A stretch of DNA of 64,000 nt from Candidatus Chisholmbacteria bacterium (lineage in GTDB: Bacteria; Patescibacteriota; Microgenomatia; UBA1400; Chisholmbacteraceae). The DNA is taken from positions 1,089-65,088 of the forward strand of contig CAVPHZ010000001.1 in NCBI GenBank assembly GCA_963704905.1, in the 5' to 3' direction. The notes beneath the pieces are model-generated. The model did not search any database. It saw nothing but the letters and a program-made list of their open reading frames with translations, and was not told where the DNA came from. Of the stretch, positions 8,955 through 17,580 are shown piece by piece; the stretch's first letter is position 1; the number at the start of each line of letters is the position of its first letter. A program made the translations under genes and the position numbers.

Positions 8955-10682
8955 TTATCCAAATGTAAAAGCAAATAGTTCTAGATTGTTATCTTGGAAG
9001 ATTAGCTTGAGAGTATGTTTTCCAGGACTATCTAAACGGATGAGTTTGTAGAGCCTGTCCTTATCCACAGTTATAATTCCATCATCTACGTCTGCCCCCT
9101 TGTTGGTGGCGTCAACCGTCTGGCCATCAAGTGTTACTTCAATCCTACCGGCGCCGTTTTTCGACCTCATGACAAGAAATACTTCACTGGCTTCAAAATT
9201 TAAAATCAATGATCCACCTTGAGTTGGCTTTGCATATTCTTCTCCGATTTCCCAAGTGCTGGTATACGCAAAGCGATTGGGAAGTAAAGTATTGGGAGCT
9301 GAATATTCTTGTGGTGCGTTTTGGATGATGCGCTCTGGTGATTGAAAGTATTCGATTCTACCATAGCCCAAATAGAGCTCCGGTGTACGAGCTGTAATCG
9401 TATATTCAGGATTATCAATAGTTGTTTGGTTAACTTCAGTACCTGCTTCTTTGAGTAATGTTTGTATCACTTTTTCTGTTTCGTCGTAATCACCTTCACC
9501 ATAGTGGTGGTAACGAATATTCCCCTTCGCATCGATAAGATATTTTGCAGGCCAGTAATGATTGTCGTATGCTCGCCAAGTTGCGTAGTCATTATCCTGC
9601 ATGATTGGGTACGTTAACTCAAAGTCGTTGACGGCATCTTTTAGATTGTTAATGTCTTTTTCAAATTCAAACTCAGGTGTATGGACACCAATAATTACAA
9701 GTCCTTCATCACCATACTTTTCATTCCAACTCTTAAGGTAAGGTAGTGTTCGGATGCAATTAATGCAGGTGTAGGTCCAAAAGTCGATCAGGACAACTTT
9801 TCCCCGCAATTGCTCAAGTGTGAGCGGATCGCTATTTACCCATTCTCCACCAGGTATGAGATTTGGCGCAGTTCCTTCCTCTTCGAGCATTTCAAACATT
9901 GGTCTTCCCTTCTCTTCTGATTTTCCATTTGCATCTCCACGAAGACTTTGGAGTTCTTTTTGCACTGCTTGGTTTTCTTCCAACTTTGTCAGGCCTGTTC
10001 CATAGCTTGGGAAAGCATCTAGCACGAAGGTCTGAATTTTTCGATCGTAGTTAAAGTGTATGCCAATTGCTGTCAGGATCATCAGCATTCCAAAGGCTTT
10101 TTGAATTTTGCCAGTGTTGCTCACAAGCGTAGGTACTCGTGAGAGGAGTCCCTTTCCACCATAGAGAATTGCGAGCATCGGTAGTGCTGTGCCTACTGAA
10201 TACGCAAGCGTAATCATGAAGCTGGCTTGGGTAACCTCTCCGGTTAAAGCAAGTGAAATTACCGAGGCAAGAATTGGCCCAACACATGGGGTCCATATGA
10301 GACCAATACTTATACCGACAAGAAGACCGCCAAAAAAACCTTGGCCGCTTGTTGATGTTGGAACGATACCTGATAATTTTGAAAAGAGTTTTTCCATCTC
10401 GAGCTGAAATCGAGGTACGAGCAGGCTTACACCAAACAACCCCACAACGAGCACGGAGAGCACGCGTAAACTGTCAGCAGGTATACCAATTGCTTTCACA
10501 ATTGCAGTGAGAAATAAGGTGAAAAAGGTGAAGCTGATAATAAATCCCGTGACTACACCAAAAGGCCGTCTTTTACCACCTGAAACAGAACTCGATAACA
10601 CTATCGGGAGAATAGGTAAGATGCAAGGAGAAAGTATAGTTACAACTCCTGCCAAAAATGCAAAGCTAATGAGAACAATCAT
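8955..10682 (-). CDS. dipZ: DipZ: CcdA/DsbD-like membrane domain + thioredoxin + C-terminal domain
   Basis: SPCILP and WTPCVGP in the TM domain; FWTYTCINC thioredoxin; GVHTPEF. Confidence 0.9.
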   Translation of the reverse strand: MIVLISFAFLAGVVTILSPCILPILPIVLSSSVSGGKRRPFGVVTGFIISFTFFTLFLTAIVKAIGIPADSLRVLSVLVVGLFGVSLLVPRFQLEMEKLFSKLSGIVPTSTSGQGFFGGLLVGISIGLIWTPCVGPILASVISLALTGEVTQASFMITLAYSVGTALPMLAILYGGKGLLSRVPTLVSNTGKIQKAFGMLMILTAIGIHFNYDRKIQTFVLDAFPSYGTGLTKLEENQAVQKELQSLRGDANGKSEEKGRPMFEMLEEEGTAPNLIPGGEWVNSDPLTLEQLRGKVVLIDFWTYTCINCIRTLPYLKSWNEKYGDEGLVIIGVHTPEFEFEKDINNLKDAVNDFELTYPIMQDNDYATWRAYDNHYWPAKYLIDAKGNIRYHHYGEGDYDETEKVIQTLLKEAGTEVNQTTIDNPEYTITARTPELYLGYGRIEYFQSPERIIQNAPQEYSAPNTLLPNRFAYTSTWEIGEEYAKPTQGGSLILNFEASEVFLVMRSKNGAGRIEVTLDGQTVDATNKGADVDDGIITVDKDRLYKLIRLDSPGKHTLKLIFQDNNLELFAFTFG

Positions 10683-10694
10683 ACATCAAACTTT

Positions 10695-10976
10695 CTACCT
10701 ATCCCCCATCATGATGTCATTGTCATCCATCATTGTTTCACCTTCCGATGTCGCCTCTTTATCCTCCATCATTGCGTCATCGTCTTCCATCATTTTATCT
10801 TCATTATCCATCATTGCGTCATCGTCTTCCATCATTTTATCTTCATTCTCCATCATTTCTTCTGATGTTTCTCCAGTTGTTGTCGGAGCAAATGCAGATT
10901 GCTGAGATTGAAGTAATACATAACCAAAGACTAGCGCGATAATTCCAATGATTACTATTATTGTTGTCTTATTCAT
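10695..10976 (-). CDS. Membrane-anchored Met/Asp/Glu-rich repeat protein
   Basis: N-terminal TM then MMENEDK-MMEDDDA-MMDNEDK-MMEDDDA repeats; AGGAGGTG RBS. Confidence 0.8.
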   Translation of the reverse strand: MNKTTIIVIIGIIALVFGYVLLQSQQSAFAPTTTGETSEEMMENEDKMMEDDDAMMDNEDKMMEDDDAMMEDKEATSEGETMMDDNDIMMGDR

Positions 10977-11024
10977 ATATATCACCTCCTTTGCTAATAC
11001 ATACTAAGGTATTTCAGAGATAAT

Positions 11025-11042
11025 TGTCAAGTATACTTTACA
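11025..11042. promoter_or_regulatory. Putative XRE operator overlapping a TTGACA -35 (minus strand) of the Met-rich/dipZ/msr operon
   Basis: TGTCAAG-TATA-CTTTACA near-perfect palindrome. Confidence 0.55.
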
Positions 11043-11411
11043 TCATTGACGGATGCGGCTATACATTCTGGATGCTATCTTGGAGAGCACCATCAAAGAT
11101 AGAGTGTAGACTAACCAGGGATCGACATTATGTCTGAAGCTCTGAATAACTACACCCAAAATAAGCATCGATGTTCCTGTTAAAAACGATATTCTACCGG
11201 CATTAAGTCTATGAAATTCTTCCCTTTCATCTGTAGATCGCTCCATCCAGATTAACGAAGCAAATACGATGAATGCCAGAATGAGAAGTACGCTTGCCAT
11301 GAGTGCAAATGAATCTGGCATTAATAGCTTGGTTGGCTGAATAAAGAGCAATAAAATACTCAGCATGATGCCTGCTGTGATGATTTCACTTCTAAGGTTA
11401 TTATTTCTCAT
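11043..11411 (-). CDS. Small membrane protein (DUF2178-like) paired with XRE regulator
   Basis: Four TM helices, DERE motif. Confidence 0.7.
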   Translation of the reverse strand: MRNNNLRSEIITAGIMLSILLLFIQPTKLLMPDSFALMASVLLILAFIVFASLIWMERSTDEREEFHRLNAGRISFLTGTSMLILGVVIQSFRHNVDPWLVYTLSLMVLSKIASRMYSRIRQ

Positions 11412-11614
11412 GATTCTATTGTAAATATTTTTTCAACCGGTGTCTTGAAGTATTTTGAAATTTTTATTGCAAGAGAGACTGATGGTGTGTAATTCCCTTT
11501 CTCAATCGCAATTATCGTTTGCCTTGTCACATTTACAACATCGGCCAATTCTTCCTGAGTGGTTTTATTTTTTTTACGTAGACTATAAACGTTGTTGTTT
11601 ACTTTTTCCTTCAT
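11408..11614 (-). CDS. XRE-family HTH transcriptional regulator
   Basis: TQEELADVVNVTRQTIIAIEKGNYTPS. Confidence 0.9.
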   Translation of the reverse strand: MKEKVNNNVYSLRKKNKTTQEELADVVNVTRQTIIAIEKGNYTPSVSLAIKISKYFKTPVEKIFTIES

Positions 11615-11789
11615 TTATTCGCTCTATTCATCATCCTTATACCATACCTTGCCGTTTCATATCACATTTTATGAAACTCCGCTGACACCCTAGCGGAGAA
11701 TATTTTTTTACTACATTGTAGTTACTGAAATATTAATAAGGGGTATTCCTATTTGAAGTTCTTTAACGGTATCAATCCAGTTTTTCAAA

Positions 11790-11819
11790 CGCAGTTAAAT
11801 TAACTCCATGTAGGGTCAC
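11790..11819 (+). repeat. Array-1 site D (degenerate)
   Basis: CGCAGTTAAATTAACTCCATGTAGGGTCAC, 19/30 to site A; shares upstream TTTCAA and downstream GAT with site A. Confidence 0.65.
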
Positions 11820-11910
11820 GATTATATTCGTGGTCTATGAATCATTTTAATTATCTTGTGAAAGCGATATACGAAATTGCTGATATAGAATTCAAAATAT
11901 TTTTTTATTA

Positions 11911-12384
11911 CTATTTTTTGTTCATCTGATTTTCTAAATGTTTCTCAATCTTCTCAACGTTAGTCGGCTTAAGCATTTCCTGAAGTGTTTTATCGCTAGA
12001 AACATCGACTCCAGAATGCTGACAGAGTTTAGTAACCAGCTCGAGAATTTTAGTTATTTCTTCTTCCGTTACGATGTCTACTTGTAAATCTGCTTCCTCT
12101 CTTAGACTGTTGACTTTTTCTTCTCTGTTTTGAGAAACGAGAACAATGACTGAGAGTATGATCGCTTCTAATGAGACGATCATGGTCAAGAGACCAAATG
12201 GAAATGGGTCGAATGGTTTGACTTTCGGATTGAAACCGAGATTGAGAACAATCCAAACTATAAACCAAGCAACATTCAACAGTAAAAATGCAATACTTCC
12301 GAATTTGGAGGTTAGCCAGTCAGCGATCTTTTCTAAAGTACTGCGTTGCGCATCGGCTTTCGCTTTAATACTTTTAATAATCAT
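11911..12384 (-). CDS. DUF1003 membrane protein
   Basis: PFDPFPFGLLTMIVSLEAI..SQNR. Confidence 0.9.
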   Translation of the reverse strand: MIIKSIKAKADAQRSTLEKIADWLTSKFGSIAFLLLNVAWFIVWIVLNLGFNPKVKPFDPFPFGLLTMIVSLEAIILSVIVLVSQNREEKVNSLREEADLQVDIVTEEEITKILELVTKLCQHSGVDVSSDKTLQEMLKPTNVEKIEKHLENQMNKK

Positions 12385-12528
12385 ATGTTAATTCCTTATT
12401 ATCTTATTACTTGAATAAGTGGATATGTTATTCTTTCAAAAAAATAAACTGGTCATGTGCCTTAATCTACATCCAGCATTAAGGCTGGGAGAATATCCTT
12501 TTTATAATAATACAACCTTTTTCAACAG

Positions 12529-12558
12529 GGTGTTCGAAATAACAAAACGCGGGGGACC
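12529..12558 (+). repeat. Array-1 site E (probable distal end)
   Basis: GGTGTTCGAAATAACAAAACGCGGGGGACC, 25/30 to site A. Confidence 0.85.
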
Positions 12559-12793
12559 ATCGTCTTGAGTCAATACTTTCTAGAGCTCTAGAACACAAGA
12601 AATCAGTATTACCTTCTCTTGTTTTCTTAGTAATTCCTGATATACTGATATCATTAGTTCTTTTGAAATACTTGAACTACTAGCTTAATTTTTTCTAATT
12701 GATCTTCTTTGGTTATTAAATGAAATCTCCCCTAGAAGCGAATAGACAAATTCCCAAGTAGTGATTCAAAAAGTGAATTGGAGGTGAAAAGAA

Positions 12794-13081
12794 ATGGCTA
12801 CCAAACTATATGTTGGTAATTTGGACTATAACGTCACAAGCGACCAACTCGGAGAGCACTTTGCCCAGGCTGGAAAAGTTGTTGAGGTCAATGTGATAAG
12901 TGACCGTTTTTCAGGTCGATCTAAAGGTTTTGCATTTGTTGAAATGGGAAGTGAAAAAGAAGCAAAAGAGGCAATAACGCTGTTGAATGATAAGGATTTT
13001 CTAGGAAGAAACATTATTGTTAACGAAGCGAGACCAAAAACTGACTCAAATTTCAGACCTAATCAGCGATCAAGTTATTAA
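12794..13081 (+). CDS. RRM RNA-binding protein
   Basis: RNP2 LYVGNL and RNP1 KGFAFVEM. Confidence 0.95.
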   Translation: MATKLYVGNLDYNVTSDQLGEHFAQAGKVVEVNVISDRFSGRSKGFAFVEMGSEKEAKEAITLLNDKDFLGRNIIVNEARPKTDSNFRPNQRSSY

Positions 13082-13123
13082 CTTTTAATTATTTCTATTT
13101 CTCAATAAGGGAGACTACGTACA

Positions 13124-13630
13124 ATGAATGACAGTAAATCATTTCGGGTCGGGGGGATGATCGTTAGGTTCGGTGAAGTGTGTCAAATTATTAGAATTGA
13201 GAAAAAAGATAATGCTGATGGAATTTCAGAAGAAATACTGGTTTATAAACCATATTATGCTGGGCAACAAGTCAATGAAGTGACTTATTCTATCTCAGTT
13301 AATAACTTGTCTTTAGCTTCAATACGAAAACCAATTTCTCAGAAAGGGTTGTTAGACTTAATCGAAGTTCTTTCTAAAACGATCGAAACTGATGTGCCTA
13401 TCAATATTATTGAATCCAAAGAAGCCTTCAATTCAAATGATCCGCATGATATTGCATATACTTTAAAAAGAATCTGGACTGAAAAAAAAGATAATGCTGA
13501 TGGAATAAGTAAGTCAAAAAGTGATCTTTACAAGACTTATATGAAAATATTAGTTGAGGAAGTCGCACTTCTTAATAAGACTACCATCATTGAGGCTGAA
13601 AAAATAATAACGAATGCACTAGAGAATTAG
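13124..13630 (+). CDS. CarD-like protein
   Basis: N-terminal FRVG...GEVCQIIRIE beta domain, IRKPIS, C-terminal ILVEEVAL helix. Confidence 0.6.
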   Translation: MNDSKSFRVGGMIVRFGEVCQIIRIEKKDNADGISEEILVYKPYYAGQQVNEVTYSISVNNLSLASIRKPISQKGLLDLIEVLSKTIETDVPINIIESKEAFNSNDPHDIAYTLKRIWTEKKDNADGISKSKSDLYKTYMKILVEEVALLNKTTIIEAEKIITNALEN

Positions 13631-13975
13631 ATGAACAAGAAAATTAAGAAAACTGCAATGCGAACACCGTTTGGTGATTATATCAATGAGCTTGAGCGAA
13701 TTGATAAAGATTTGAAAGACAGTGATGAATATGGTTCTTTTCTTATCTTGACATTAGTAGAAGAGATCGGAGAAATGGCAAGAGCTTATCTTGCAAAGCA
13801 TGGTAGGAAGAAGACTAATATTGCAGCGCAAAAAGATGAAACATATGAACAGGAATTGGGAGATATTGTAGTTGCCATCTTACGATTTGCACGCATTAAG
13901 AACATTAATTTAGATCAAAGAGTTAAGTATTCAATGAAAAAGATATCTAGGAGACGAAAGGATCCTAAGATATAG
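13631..13975 (+). CDS. MazG-like NTP pyrophosphohydrolase
   Basis: LVEEIGEMA and QELGD motifs. Confidence 0.85.
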   Translation: MNKKIKKTAMRTPFGDYINELERIDKDLKDSDEYGSFLILTLVEEIGEMARAYLAKHGRKKTNIAAQKDETYEQELGDIVVAILRFARIKNINLDQRVKYSMKKISRRRKDPKI

Positions 13976-14122
13976 ACATTTCATTCAAACAATATCTTGC
14001 TAGCTGGCAGGTTATATTATCAAGCTACTGTTCAATACAATTTACAGGCAAAAATTGCAAAGGCTTCTCTAATTATTTCCTGAAACACTCTTCATGAGGG
14101 GCTTAAGAAAGATCACCAATAC

Positions 14123-14608
14123 TTAGTATCCAAACTTCTCTTTATACTCGTTGCGAAGATTCTCAAGTCGTTGTTTTATTGCGTGAGGATTTTCAACCTT
14201 ATCGATCAATACTTCTGCCTGTCCTGTTCCAGCAGTGTTAATAATGATAGCTCCCGTATTAAATAACCATTTCTCGATTACATTATCTCTAACTTGGATA
14301 TCAGTGATTTTGTTGAAATCTACACTTGTAAGATTTCTCGATAACCAACCTTGGTGAATTAATACTCTTTTGTTAGTAAACGCATACCGAAATGCTTGAG
14401 ATAAATAAAATTTGAAGTAGAATAGCGTATACAATAGAAAGAATATACCAATAATTAAAATCGCTGTTAAGATGCCTAGACTCATACCTATGAGAAATCC
14501 TCTATGGAGATATTTTTCACCGGGACCAAAGTCGAGTTTAATTTCCTCTCCGCGAGTAAGAACTTTATTCCAATCAAAGTGTTGGGTTAACTTGCTTGGT
14601 ATAGCCAT
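14123..14608 (-). CDS. Bacterial PH-domain membrane protein
   Basis: TM pair then YAFTNKRV..GWLS..KITDI. Confidence 0.8.
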   Translation of the reverse strand: MAIPSKLTQHFDWNKVLTRGEEIKLDFGPGEKYLHRGFLIGMSLGILTAILIIGIFFLLYTLFYFKFYLSQAFRYAFTNKRVLIHQGWLSRNLTSVDFNKITDIQVRDNVIEKWLFNTGAIIINTAGTGQAEVLIDKVENPHAIKQRLENLRNEYKEKFGY

Positions 14609-14710
14609 ACTTGAATACTGATCGTATTGTAGCAAACTTTTCTAAAATGATGAGATGTATATATCCATGCAGTTGCGGTAATAGTCTCGAGTTGTTATGA
14701 TGTTTTACAC

Positions 14711-14926
14711 ATGTGTTTTGCTTTGCCGCTTCAAGTTACATCTGTAAAAAAAACTCAGGCTATAATGGAGGACGGTCGGCATGTTAACCTGGCTATGATT
14801 GGAAAAGTAACAAAAGGTGATTGGTTACTTGTAAAATCCAACTTAGCATTTGAAAAACTGAGTAAGAAAGACGCGATATCCATTCGTTCAGCTATCAAGG
14901 AGGTTTCTGATGAACTCAAAATTTAA
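14711..14926 (+). CDS. hypC: HypC/HybG/HupF-like hydrogenase chaperone
   Basis: N-terminal MCFALP (Cys2), GDWLLV; adjacent to hydrogenase genes. Confidence 0.8.
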   Translation: MCFALPLQVTSVKKTQAIMEDGRHVNLAMIGKVTKGDWLLVKSNLAFEKLSKKDAISIRSAIKEVSDELKI

Positions 14927-15836
14927 ACACGGCATCTATCTGGCGCTCGGAACGGCACTGTTTTCAGGTGTTGCTAATTTTGCAAATAAGTTTGCTTTAC
15001 AATCAGTTAGTGATCCACTTGTTCACACAACTGCAAAAAATATTTTGGTTGGGTTACTCGTCATTTCATTGCTATTGGCTTCTAAAAAACTATCTTCTCT
15101 CCGTAATTTAGATCGGAAGCAATTGCTTATGTTATTGGCAATTGGGGTTGTCGGTGGGAGTTTACCTTTCTATTTATTTTTCACAGCTCTTTCACAAATT
15201 CCTGCCATCAATGCTGCCTTAATACATAAAACACTTATCTTTTGGGTTGCCTTGTTAGCACTACCTTTATTGGGGGAAAAAATTTCTATAAAACAGATAG
15301 GTGCATTAGGGCTTATTTTTTCTGCTAATCTTGTGGTTGGAGGATTTAAGGGATTTCAACTTTCTCTACCGGAATTGATGGTCTTAATGGCAACCATCCT
15401 TTGGTCAGTCGAAAATATTATTGGCAAGATCGTACTTCGTACTGTTGATCCTGATATTGTTGTTGCAGCGAGAATGGGAATTGGTTCAATGATTCTTCTT
15501 GGAGCGGTTTTATTATCAGGTAAAACACCCATACTCACCTCACTTTCTATTCATCAGTTGAGTTTAGTTGGGCTGACTTCCCTATTACTATTTGGATACG
15601 TAAGTACATGGTATCGAGCCTTAAAGCATGCTCCGGTTACACTGGTTGCCACGGTTCTTACTCTTGCAACACTTATTACCAATGGGCTTTCTGCGGTTTT
15701 TATCACACGGTCCTTGACGTTTGAGCAATTTTCCCAATTCATACTCATTACTGCTGGTGTTTGGTTTTTTATCGTCACTTCTGGAAAGCTCAAACCCTCA
15801 ACTGAACTCAACCTCTCGACAGCGGTCAAGGTTTAG
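14910..15836 (+). CDS. DMT/EamA family transporter
   Basis: Ten TM helices, two EamA repeats, LLGEKIS. Confidence 0.85.
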   Translation: MNSKFKHGIYLALGTALFSGVANFANKFALQSVSDPLVHTTAKNILVGLLVISLLLASKKLSSLRNLDRKQLLMLLAIGVVGGSLPFYLFFTALSQIPAINAALIHKTLIFWVALLALPLLGEKISIKQIGALGLIFSANLVVGGFKGFQLSLPELMVLMATILWSVENIIGKIVLRTVDPDIVVAARMGIGSMILLGAVLLSGKTPILTSLSIHQLSLVGLTSLLLFGYVSTWYRALKHAPVTLVATVLTLATLITNGLSAVFITRSLTFEQFSQFILITAGVWFFIVTSGKLKPSTELNLSTAVKV

Positions 15837-15838
15837 TC

Positions 15839-16579
15839 ATGGATGGTGTACTTACTTGCGCGCGCTATGCGTTTGCCCCAAACTACTACAAATACTGTGG
15901 ACCAGATGCTAATCGTGGGATTGCTGCGTATCTTAAAGAGGGGGTGTCAGATTCAGGTCTTTCAAGTTACCTTTCAGAATTTGCCGTTCTCTACCCGTAT
16001 TTAAAGCTCATTGCGCATGAAAATGGGTATTCAGATCCTTTTGATCCAAAAGTTGTTGAGGCATATTGGGTTGGAAATCAACTGCTTGAAAAAGTTGGCA
16101 TGGACTCATTTAGCGATCATCTGCTCTATGGTCAGCGATTAAAACATCGAATTCCAAAGAAATCGTTAAAATGGATCATTGATAAAGTTCCAAAGGGAGC
16201 GAAGATTCATCATAGTTTTCATGTTTTTTCTATATTCACCAGGACAGGTCATCACACTGTTGAACATACACTAGATACTATGGATCAATGCAGGATCGGC
16301 TGGGGCAGAATTGTTAAGTCAATAAGAAAAGATCAAACGTTGAACATACGCGTTAAGAGTCAAAAATTGATTTATGAACATGGAAAGATACTATTTAATG
16401 ATGGTGTCTTTAGAGATGTCACTCTCCCAGTTGATAACGATTTTAAATCGTCGCTGAAAATTGGTGATTGGGTATCTTTTCATTGGGGATATGTGTGTGA
16501 CAAAATCACCAAATCTCAGGCATATCGACTTGCCTTTTATACGAAGCATAACTTAGTATTAGCGAATGGAACAATTTAA
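15839..16579 (+). CDS. DUF6390 family protein
   Basis: ARYAFAPN..YCGP, VEAYWVGN, HHSFHV, DQCRIGWG, GDWVSFHWG.VC. Confidence 0.8.
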   Translation: MDGVLTCARYAFAPNYYKYCGPDANRGIAAYLKEGVSDSGLSSYLSEFAVLYPYLKLIAHENGYSDPFDPKVVEAYWVGNQLLEKVGMDSFSDHLLYGQRLKHRIPKKSLKWIIDKVPKGAKIHHSFHVFSIFTRTGHHTVEHTLDTMDQCRIGWGRIVKSIRKDQTLNIRVKSQKLIYEHGKILFNDGVFRDVTLPVDNDFKSSLKIGDWVSFHWGYVCDKITKSQAYRLAFYTKHNLVLANGTI

Positions 16580-16591
16580 GATACTATAGTA

Positions 16592-17143
16592 ATGAATAAA
16601 GCGTTACGACTCCTCCTGATAACTGATAGTTTCATCCTCATTTCATCAGCTATGTTCGGTCCTATTTATGCAATCTTTGTACAAGAGATTGGCGGTGGGA
16701 TTTTAGAGGCGAGTTGGGCAGTTGCAGTATTTTCATTTATTACTGGTATTTCACTATATTTTTTCGCACGGTTTGAAGATCAGATGAAAGAACAGGAGCT
16801 CGCGCTAGTATTCGGATACTTCGTTTTGGCAATTGGGTATTTTGGTTATCTATTCGTTCACTCACTTCCCTCTCTTCTTCTTATGCAAGCAATTCTAGGT
16901 ATTGGAAAGGCAGTCTATACTCCTGCATATGATGGGTTGTATTCGATTCATCTTGATAGGAAGAAGGCTGCATCTCAATGGGGAGCTTGGGAGATGATGG
17001 CATATATCATTTCGGGTATTGGTGCTGTTGTTGGTGGACTACTTGCAAATGCATTCGGATTTAGTATTCTTTTTGTCATCATGGGAATGCTATGTGTGTT
17101 TGGAGCTTTTGTAATCTGGCTGCAACCGAGAAAGGTATTATGA
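16592..17143 (+). CDS. Half-size (6-TM) MFS-like transporter
   Basis: Six TM helices, QAILGIG..PAYD. Confidence 0.75.
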   Translation: MNKALRLLLITDSFILISSAMFGPIYAIFVQEIGGGILEASWAVAVFSFITGISLYFFARFEDQMKEQELALVFGYFVLAIGYFGYLFVHSLPSLLLMQAILGIGKAVYTPAYDGLYSIHLDRKKAASQWGAWEMMAYIISGIGAVVGGLLANAFGFSILFVIMGMLCVFGAFVIWLQPRKVL

Positions 17144-17580
17144 ATCAGAATTATCCTAAACCACTTGAGATCAAACGCATTAAATTAGACCCGTCGAAAA
17201 AGCGGGTATCAGTATTTGGGAATTCGCTCGTGGATAAAGATTCAATTTCGATTCGAATTCTCCCTGAATTACGAAAACGATTTCCGCACATAGAGTTCTT
17301 GGTAGAGGATCCGACAGAAACACTCAATCCACCGGATGACGAATGGTGGATTATTGACGCTGCTGAAGGAGTGAAACGAGTTGAGCTGATAGAAGATCTT
17401 ACGAAAATAGAGCCGACACAAAGTACCAGTGTTCATGATTATGATCTTTCTTTCGACTTATTTCTTCTGCAAAAACTTGGTAAACTTCCAAAAATGAAGA
17501 TAGTGATTGTGCCGTTTGAGTTTACTGTGAAAAAAGCTGTGAAAGAAGTTACAAGAATCCTCAAAGCCAGCGGATTTTAA
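17140..17580 (+). CDS. Hydrogenase maturation protease-like protein (HyaD/HycI-like, divergent)
   Basis: FGNSLVDKDS, IIDA, SVHD resemble GNxLxxDDG / xVDA / STH. Confidence 0.6.
   Translation: MNQNYPKPLEIKRIKLDPSKKRVSVFGNSLVDKDSISIRILPELRKRFPHIEFLVEDPTETLNPPDDEWWIIDAAEGVKRVELIEDLTKIEPTQSTSVHDYDLSFDLFLLQKLGKLPKMKIVIVPFEFTVKKAVKEVTRILKASGF

Noticed and set aside
10507-10942. Ser/Ile-rich and His/Pro-rich repeat ORFs on the + strand
   Set aside because: Antisense frames of the Met-rich gene repeat.
11709-11724. TACTACATTGTAGT palindrome as a third BlaI operator
   Set aside because: Spacer is 3 nt rather than 5 and it is far from the BlaI module.
1849-12558. CRISPR array interpretation of the 30-bp repeats
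   Set aside because: Intervals are 0.7-3.8 kb and contain whole genes; no cas genes in the window.
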